The position numbers and the translations under genes were made by a program. From the NCBI RefSeq assembly GCF_006345805.1, contig NC_043000.1, forward strand, positions 99,386,001 through 99,450,000: a stretch of 64,000 nucleotides of DNA, read 5' to 3'. This document shows positions 52,795 through 61,227 of the stretch, in pieces. The stretch is from Octopus sinensis. Taxonomy: Eukaryota. The notes beneath the pieces are model-generated. The model was given only the letters and a program-made list of their open reading frames with translations. It did no database searches and was not told where the DNA came from. The stretch's first letter is position 1; each line of letters opens with the position of its first letter.

Positions 52795-55233
52795 CTATTT
52801 AAAAGCCAGATAATTGTAACGCCGCCAATGGGGGCATCGAAAAGCCGACTGTAAAAGTCCGTTTACCATCCGGCCTCTGGCAAACAAAATATGGAAGAGT
52901 TCGGAGGCACAAAGGTTGCACTGCCTTCTGCCCCTATCAAATGGGAGGGCCACCGACAAAATTGACCATTCCAGGCTGTAGCTTGAGTTCGTATCCTTCA
53001 GTCGCCATATTAGCTTGCTGAGTCCCGTGGTCTGGCGCTTGTTCATGTCCCGAAAAGTTGCGTAATGGTTGGAGACTCGCAAAGCCAATCTTGACGATGA
53101 GGCCCCTACATAAGAGAAGACATCTGAGTCCGTGTAAACCTTGCATTGGTAGACGGCGTTTTTGATCTTGGAGTTCGCCGACGTGAATCTTATTCTGCTA
53201 GGATTAGTTTCTGAAATTAGAACTGCGTTCCTGTCACTATATTCGTTCCGAGAACTGCAGCCGCTTACTACTCTATTTTCCACTACGTCACTAATAACTA
53301 TAGGAATAACCCCTGATTCTCCACTATCTATCAGAGTGCTGTCATTGCTAGTGCCCGTGGTGCTGCTATTGCGGGAAATGATGCTGGGGATGCTATTGGG
53401 GCTCTCTACCCTACTCCCATTGTTACCGTCAACCACAACACCCCTATTTATAACTATACCCCTAGTGGGTACTCCCTGGCTGGAGCTGAGATTATGTGTC
53501 ACTGTACTGGCTCTCTTATCATTATTACTACTATAATTATTCCTACTGAGCATTAAACCGGGAGCGGAAGAGGCTGTGCCTCCGGAAAAAGGTGATAGGG
53601 TCTTAGTAAGTAGCCTATTATTGTGGGAGGCGATTATCTGGGCGAGGTTTTTAGTGTTGGAGAAAGCTATCCTAACTTTATGCGAGTTAACCGTGGAGTA
53701 ATATTTGGAATTTCTGGGGAAGTTATTGGCGATGGCTTGTCTAAACATGAGGGGGAGGTTAGTTCTAATCTGCTTACCAAAGGGAATTACAAACCATATA
53801 TGCTTATTCCTATCTGTGTGATGGGTCGAGACGCCAGCTCTCGCATTCGGGTGGGTGATTCTCGGATGAATAACGGGTCTTGGGTTAGTGTAAGATCTCC
53901 CGGACCGATAATTATCCTTGATCACTAAATTAAATGCGGGAGCGACTATCCCGGCATCCGCCGCGCTCCCGTCCTTACTTAAATTGTTTATGTTATTATA
54001 GACGGCCCTATCCTGATGACCGAATGATGGCATCGGAAGGGCCGGATCAATATAAATTACCTTCTGCCTATAACCGGCCTTGGATAGTGCGGCGTTATAA
54101 AATTCCGCTTTCTGCATAAAAATATCGGCACTGGCGGACAAGCCAGACAATCTTAGAGAGATGTTTTTAACCAAATTGTCTGTTACGGTTTTGGCATGAT
54201 TTGAGAAGACACTGACATACTTCAAATTAGTGGAAGGCTTATGGTAAGGGCAGTATGAGTCGCTATTAAGGTTAAGTGTAACGTCTAGGAAATTAGCCTT
54301 GATGAGTTCATTATCAAAAACTATACTCATGCCCATTCTATTAAAAAACCTAGCTAACCTGCTCTTAGTTTTTTGCACTATTCTGTTCGTGGTGTTTTGC
54401 AGGTAAAACAGACAATCGTCACGATACAGGCCGCCCGCGATCTCCGGGAATTGGTCGGACAATTCGTAGAGAATATATATTCCGACCAAATCGGCTATCT
54501 GCGCACTATCCGAACTACCCATAGGCACATCAAATTCATTGGGAGTATCTTTACGGATCCACAACTTATTATCAAACTTAATAAACGATTTCCTGGCAAC
54601 TAAAATGATATCTATCTCTTCTCTGGTGAGGCCAGCCTTATTGTGAGCATGCCAAAGGGCCTTATTTAGCACACTAGGGTTAATCGAGGGGTAGAAGCTG
54701 GCGATATCAAACTGAATGAACCTAGTACGGTTCTTATTGGGTATGGAAGAGAACCACTTCACTACCTGCGAGGAGTTGGCCCAGAGGCTGAGCTTCAGCT
54801 TGTTTACTAAACTAGGGATATATTTATCTAAAATGTACTTACTGATTATCCCGATATCAGATCTAGCAGGGCATATGAGTCTTAGCGCTGGGTTGGTGTG
54901 GAAGTTCGGTTTATGGTCCTTCACTATAAATCTGGGTTGCTTAGGGCTAAGCGGCTGAGTTCTCATTTGAATTCGGTGTTTAAATATTATTTCCTTAATT
55001 TCCAAGTTTACCTTCCTCAGGGTACTCCAATTGGTTTTTCTATAATTTTTCTTGATCTCTTTACCGAGTAAATCTAGGTACTGCTTAATGGGTAGCTTGT
55101 ATGTGTTCCTGGTCTTGTCGGACTGGACCAGGACTCCGTCCGTTCTATTAATGTCCTTGGTAATTTTATCTAGGTATCTGAGGTGGGCATTTCTCCTGGG
55201 TGACTTCCTGAACTTAATCTTTCTATGTCCCAC
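52795..55233 (-). CDS. PLE polyprotein, main frame (812 aa): reverse transcriptase, thumb, GIY-YIG endonuclease
   Basis: Motifs SDKT (aa 38-41), FDIASFYPSI (175-184), GSSDSAQIADLVG (239-251), YRDD (270-273; nt 54415-54426), NFLDVTL, IWFVIPF. EN motifs VYQC..YVG (694-710), R719, H723, CNLC (772-775), E778, CPH (800-802). The GTG start in the track is an artefact of the upstream frameshift. Confidence 0.93.
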   Translation of the reverse strand: MGHRKIKFRKSPRRNAHLRYLDKITKDINRTDGVLVQSDKTRNTYKLPIKQYLDLLGKEIKKNYRKTNWSTLRKVNLEIKEIIFKHRIQMRTQPLSPKQPRFIVKDHKPNFHTNPALRLICPARSDIGIISKYILDKYIPSLVNKLKLSLWANSSQVVKWFSSIPNKNRTRFIQFDIASFYPSINPSVLNKALWHAHNKAGLTREEIDIILVARKSFIKFDNKLWIRKDTPNEFDVPMGSSDSAQIADLVGIYILYELSDQFPEIAGGLYRDDCLFYLQNTTNRIVQKTKSRLARFFNRMGMSIVFDNELIKANFLDVTLNLNSDSYCPYHKPSTNLKYVSVFSNHAKTVTDNLVKNISLRLSGLSASADIFMQKAEFYNAALSKAGYRQKVIYIDPALPMPSFGHQDRAVYNNINNLSKDGSAADAGIVAPAFNLVIKDNYRSGRSYTNPRPVIHPRITHPNARAGVSTHHTDRNKHIWFVIPFGKQIRTNLPLMFRQAIANNFPRNSKYYSTVNSHKVRIAFSNTKNLAQIIASHNNRLLTKTLSPFSGGTASSAPGLMLSRNNYSSNNDKRASTVTHNLSSSQGVPTRGIVINRGVVVDGNNGSRVESPNSIPSIISRNSSTTGTSNDSTLIDSGESGVIPIVISDVVENRVVSGCSSRNEYSDRNAVLISETNPSRIRFTSANSKIKNAVYQCKVYTDSDVFSYVGASSSRLALRVSNHYATFRDMNKRQTTGLSKLIWRLKDTNSSYSLEWSILSVALPFDRGRRQCNLCASELFHILFARGRMVNGLLQSAFRCPHWRRYNYLAFK

Positions 55234-55478
55234 AAGTCGTCCTCAAACTTCTTCAGTCTTGGGTTAGGTGGCGGCGTATCCAATGTTTTAAAAAGCCGGC
55301 CGTATTCGGACGATGCTGTTGTCCGGTTCGATTTTAGATCTTCGTTCTCGTGGAAGAAAACGAGCCATCTTATCCGGTTTATGAATGCGTTGGTTTTACA
55401 AACCAACTCCTTAAGGAAGGCGTCCTTCGGTGGTATAGGAATATCCTTAAGGGACGCATCAATCTCGAACAACTCCAT
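55225..55478 (-). CDS. N-terminal part of the same PLE ORF, separated by one frameshift near 55225
   Basis: ATG at 55478. SLKDIPIPPK..FLKELVCKTNAFINRIRW..TPPPNPRLKKFEDDLWDI is a typical PLE N-terminal region and should continue into RKIKFRK of the main frame. One or four nt are missing at TGG GAC ATA GA AAG ATT. Joined length is about 895 aa. Confidence 0.85.
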
Positions 55479-55680
55479 TATTGGTATCGGTTAAAGTAGC
55501 AGTTTCTTGACGAAGCGGTATGTATTATGTGAAATAGAAAGATGAATAATCTTGTAGCAGATTAATCAAAAGTTTAACCGATACCTTGGTAGCAAAAATC
55601 ACAGCAGAAAACAGCACGGTTGGAGGTACAACCATATGGTGTTGCAACCGTGCGTTGGTGCGGATAATTGAAATTAAAAT

Positions 55681-55781
55681 ATTATTGGTGAATTGAAGAA
55701 ATGGAGCTGAACGAAGATTGAACAGAAATCGTTTTATTTCATTCTACACGTGTTTCGAAAGGCACAATTTACCAAAATCCG

Positions 55782-55789
<8 letters not shown>
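55681..55789 (-). repeat. 5' partial pseudo-LTR of the PLE (copy of 52047-52155)
   Basis: 108 of 109 nt identical to the element's 3' end. It starts inside the stem II loop, so it carries only the GAAA, stem III and cleavage-site half of the hammerhead. Confidence 0.9.
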
Positions 55790-55822
<33 letters not shown>

Positions 55823-55840
55823 ATATATATTATATACGTA

Positions 55841-56209
55841 TGTATAGTTTAGGACAACCAGTAATTTGTCTTAATAGGATTAACAAGATCCGTAATTTTC
55901 TCCAATAGCTTTTTAGAGTATAGTTCCCTGGATGGTATACGGATGTTTTTCATAGAATAATCGATACTTTAAGGATTCATATTAGAGTCTCGTGTGGGAA
56001 GAATCTGTGGATTTCATTGAATAGTTGCTATAAATCGGTTGAGGACTCTCTCCCACGGAAGAATCTAATATGGATCCTTACAGTATCGATTATTCTATGA
56101 AAAACATCCGTATACCATCCAGGGAACTATACAGTATGAAACTATTGAAGAAAATTACGGATCTTGTTAGTCCAATTAAGACAAATTACTGATTGTCCTA
56201 AACTATACA
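55841..56209. mobile_element. Foldback MITE, ~160-bp inverted arms, TA TSD
   Basis: TA|TGTATAGTTTAGGACAA ... TTGTCCTAAACTATACA|TA; arms roughly 90% complementary around a ~45-nt loop. Confidence 0.85.
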
Positions 56210-56261
56210 TATATAAATTCCACTATTTACTTAATATCGAGGTCTCATTCTTTTGTTGTCA

Positions 56262-56359
56262 TTTTCTTCTTCTTCTTCTTCTTCTTCTTCTTCTTCTTCT
56301 TCTTCTTCTTCTTTCTTCTTCTTCTTCTTCTTCTTCTTCTCTTCTTCTTCTTCTTCTTC

Positions 56360-56388
<29 letters not shown>
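56262..56388. repeat. (CTT)n followed by (ATT)n
   Basis: Direct reading. Confidence 0.95.
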
Positions 56389-56391
<3 letters not shown>

Positions 56392-56681
56392 GTATATATA
56401 TGCCGTATATTGTATATTATGACATTTATTTCAATTAGCTATTACACATTTTATTGCTTTAATGAAGAAAAATAAATTAAATTAAGAAAATATGAAGTAC
56501 GCCATAATTAAAAAAAATAATAATTCTCTATAATTTTAATAGCGTGCCTGACAGACTCTTCGAGACACGCCGACTGCAGACGGGAACAAACGTATAAATT
56601 ATGTTAGCGGAACTAAATCTAGCGGAAGCTAATTGGTCCACTAACGGTTTCCAAAGTTAGCGATACAGTGGTGGTATATAT

Positions 56682-56715
<34 letters not shown>

Positions 56716-56844
56716 ATATATATATATATATTATGCCTATATTATTGATTCGGTTATTATCATTTTTAAATTGTTACACTAGATAATAATAGAGTCAATG
56801 ATACCATCGCAAATATTTTTTCCTGAATTATTTGTTTCGTATTG

Positions 56845-56876
<32 letters not shown>

Positions 56877-57059
56877 ATGTGACCGCGTGTGTACCGTTGG
56901 CGATTTTTTTTCCCCTCTGTCTTCCCTTCTCTGAATCTTTCCTTCTCCTATGTTTCCGACGAAGAGATCCGCTCTTTCCTTCTTTCCTGAGCGTCCAATA
57001 ATACTATATTTGTTCCACGTCCTCGCGTTGTTTTTTTTTTTGTGCTTTCATGTTTGGAT

Positions 57060-57063
<4 letters not shown>
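56877..57063 (+). mobile_element. Second copy of the 6216-6410 pseudo-LTR family, hammerhead core damaged
   Basis: High similarity to 6216-6410; core reads CCGACGA and the GAAACGTT segment is deleted; (TA)n on both flanks. Confidence 0.7.
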
Positions 57064-57117
<54 letters not shown>

Positions 57118-57214
57118 GTGTGTGTGTGTGTGTGTGTATGTACATGCATTAAATACTACAAAACGTACTCGTAGGACAGACACAAGGACCCTAATTCTTC
57201 ACAATATATACATA

Positions 57215-57688
<474 letters not shown>

Positions 57689-57793
57689 ATATATACAGTG
57701 TTTTATATGCACGATTCCGCTAATCCGCTAACAGCTAATTAGCGAAGCTAAGTTTTCGTTTAGCGGATATATAAATATGTATATACAAGTATG

Positions 57794-57871
<78 letters not shown>

Positions 57872-58650
57872 GCATGTTTGTGTGTGTATATATATATTAA
57901 GAAATACAAACTAGGACAAGAACGCAAAACATTTAGAAGGCGATACAAAAAACACGGACGGGACATTCGAAGCCTTCAATCTTCAGTCAAGAACCGGATC
58001 ATCCTCGCAATTTCGGCTAATTAATCTTGAGATTGCTCCAATCTGGCCAGCCCCAAGGAAAAACTAAGCTAAGCGCATTAGATTCCTTGGAAAAAAGCTT
58101 CGAATGTATACAAAACAAGGACGGAAAAAACGGACGATGTTGCAAGAATATGAATACAAATATAATACGTAAAGACAATAATAATAATACGTAAAACTAA
58201 TAATAATATTAACAATAACAGGACATCAATTAAATGATCACAAGATCAGCTCCTTAAATATATGTAAATGTAAAAAAAGTCACATGAACAACAGAACACC
58301 CCCACCAAAAAAAAAGGAGTACACAATTTATGATAATTGGTTTAAGGCTGAAACGAAGAAATAAGAAATAAGTAGTGTTCCGTGCTTTGGACTAGTCTTT
58401 CTGCAAGGAAAATCAGATAAATATATATATAAAATAAAATGAAAAGGAAAGAAAGACAAAAAAAGTTTCATCGGTTTGGTCAGTGTGGTATAGTGTGGAA
58501 TGAATGGCAGATAAAAGACGCTGGACATGTACGGTATTTGTGAATGTACTTGGTAGCTGTTGTTGAACATGTTGGTGTATATGTGTGTATATTCGACAAG
58601 ATTTCCCATTTACCACAGATATACATACGTACACACACACACACACAGAC

Positions 58651-58694
<44 letters not shown>

Positions 58695-58696
<2 letters not shown>

Positions 58697-59141
58697 CACA
58701 CACCACTTCGTTCAACTCACAAGACGTATGCACTACCTTACTGCCATCCCCTATGGGATGGAAGCACTCCGTCGGTTACGACGATGAAGGTTCCGGTTGA
58801 TCCGAATCAACGGAACAGCCTGCTCATGAAATTAACGTGTAAGTGGCAGAGCACTCCACAGACACGTGTACCCTTAACGTAGTTCTCGGGGATATTCAGC
58901 GTGACACAGAGAGTGACAAGGCCGGCCCTTTGAAATACAGGTACAACAGAAACAGGAAGTAAGAGAGAGAGAAAGTTGTGGTGAAAGAGTACAGCAGGGA
59001 TCACCACCATCCCCTGCCGGAGCCGCGTGGAGCTTTAGGAGTTTTCGCTCAATAAACAATCACAACGCCCGGTCTGGGAATCGAAAACGCGATCCTATGA
59101 CCGCGAGTCCGCTGCCCTAACCACTGGGTCATTGCGCCTCC
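58695..59141 (-). mobile_element. SINE family C (tRNA-Arg-like head)
   Basis: Head GGAGGCGCAATGACCCAGTGGTTAGGGCAGCGGACTCGCGG..TTCGATTCCCAGACC; body homologous to 1143-1300. Confidence 0.8.
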
Positions 59142-59757
59142 ACCCATCCCCTATACCACACATGCACACAAGAGTTACGTACAAACACAAAGGATCTGGA
59201 GCTAGAGTCAGGATGAGAAGAGTGAGGAAAATATAGGAAAGAGAAGAAAGGAATATAAAGGAAACGGCAGACCGCCTATTCATTACATATATCACTACGA
59301 TTCAAAATGTTAGGTCCGGTTTGCGAAGCCGACCCATGCTACGGCGTACATAGATTAGCGAGAAATCTGGGAAGCATTGAATACAGGAAACTTTTTTTGC
59401 TCGCTGTTTTGTTTTTGTGCTTTATTTATGTCGTTACATTTTGTGTTTTGCACTTATACATGAAAATGGAAGCTCTAGTCTATACCTGAGATCCTCAAAC
59501 CGGGTTACGCAAGAGAAATTGCAGAGGTACACAAGAGATATTGCGGTGGCATGCGAGATTTATACAAACGCTAAAATTTTAAATTAATTACGGCCAACTA
59601 TACTGAGTGGTGCATCCTCAAATTTAATAAAATTGTATCTATACAATAACCATCAAATACGTTATTTGGAAGTTTTCACTTCCAAATTTAATTCATAACA
59701 AATTCATACATTGCTTATTTTATGGTATCCAATATTTTTACACTATATATTCTTCTC

Positions 59758-60469
59758 CTTTCCATGGCTCTCTGCACTGAAAGCAGATGTTGTTCTTCTC
59801 TCTTCGTCATGGCCCAAGCCTCACATGCGAATAGCATTGCAGGCAAGACTGTGCTGTTGAAGAGATTGGCGCATGTTGTCTTGTCTAGGTTCGCTTTCAG
59901 CACATCATTCATCGAACTGAATGTTCTCCATTCAGCTCTTAATCTTCACGAGATCTCATTCTCCATCTCACGCCCCATAGTCACTTCTTGACCGAGATAC
60001 ACATAGCCACTCACCTCTTCAATTTCATCTCCTCCAACTGTTAAGCGACCGATCGATACGCCCTCAGACCATATGTACTTGGTTTTCGTACAGTTGATCT
60101 TAAGGCCGACCGCCGAACCTTTGAAATTCATTTTGTCCAGCATGGTCTGCAGCTGATTGGAACGAGGAGACCAGGGATAGAACTGGAGTGAAGGACATCG
60201 TCGCAGAATACCACCACGCAAAGATAGGATGGGCCGATCATGTCGCAAGGTCCATAAACAACCGGTGGACCCGTGCAGTAGTCTTGTGGCACCCGTGCGA
60301 ACGAAAGGAACTACTCGGAAGACCTCCAATCAGGTAGGAAGATGATTTAAGAAATGTCTGGAACAGCATGGAGGAAAATGATGAGAGCACGAGGGGAGTG
60401 GAACGAATACTGTGGCCAGTGGAGTCGACTCAGTACCAGACAGCCTGGCCTATCCAGGTGATCCAAGTG
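59758..60469 (+). mobile_element. RTE-1-like LINE insertion with a 5' inversion (twin-priming type)
   Basis: 59758-~60160 encodes on minus QLQTML..GLKINCTKTKY..YVYLGQ..TVLPAMLFACEAW..VQRAMER. ~60161-60469 encodes on plus NEETRDRTGVKD..WADHVAR..NRWTRAVV..GRPP. Candidate TSD ATATT(C/T)TTCTC at 59747-59757 and 60470-60480. Confidence 0.85.
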
Positions 60470-61189
60470 ATATTTTTCTCAGGGAGAACTCTACACTCTG
60501 CCAGACAAACCTAACTTTGAGAACCCATCTTCTATATCATGAATAAGCTACGAACACTATTATAAAGAGCTAAAAGTTTATGATCAGTCTGGCGTGTGTA
60601 TATATAATACTTTATGGCGTTTCAAGATCGGTTATGTACTTGCATAGATTCAGTAATCGATCTAGGCAATTTCATACTAAAACTTTTCTTTAATTACCCC
60701 TTAATTACAAACATAGTTCTTCGAAATAAACCCATGACGTATGAGTATCGAATAATTCCGTGTAATACCAATACGAGACACCCATTTGCTCCGACTCTTG
60801 CTATGTATTAACTTGGTAATAAATCCTATATTCTTGTTTTTGTTCCCGTATTTCAAATGCGGATTACTTCTTTTCCAAACTCGACACCCTGAGAGATTTC
60901 CCGTGTTCTAAAAGTGTAGTTAACCTTCGCTTTAATGTTTCTGATATTGCGTGATCAAAGCAAAATTTCCGGTCCTTTCCATTAATATTGCGTTTTTTTT
61001 TTTGTTTTTGCTTTTTTTTGTTTGTTGTTTTTGTTGATATGACAGCCCGAGGAAATGTGGGATTTTTCACGCGACGAAACTGCAAGTTGATTTCAGCTAC
61101 ACAAATTTTATCTCTCTATCTCTCTCTCTATCTCTCTATCTATCTATCTATCTATCTATATATCTATCTATCTATCCATCGGTACAAAC

Positions 61190-61193
61190 ACAC

Positions 61194-61227
<34 letters not shown>

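Larger units (their letters stand above)
52047..55789 (-). mobile_element. Near-intact Penelope-like retroelement (RT + C-terminal GIY-YIG) with pseudo-LTR, inserted in (TA)n
   Basis: RT-EN ORF; 109-bp direct repeat at both ends (52047-52155 vs 55681-55789, one mismatch); (TA)n tracts on both flanks; hammerhead in the 3' end; no discrete TSD. Confidence 0.93.

Noticed and set aside
52937-54958. Antisense ORFs overlapping the PLE ORF
   Set aside because: Short shadow frames of a real coding region; no motifs.
59065-59141. tRNA-Arg-like sequence (also 36890-36963 and ~475-545)
   Set aside because: A/B boxes are present but no acceptor stem closes, and the sequence runs into SINE bodies; these are SINE heads.
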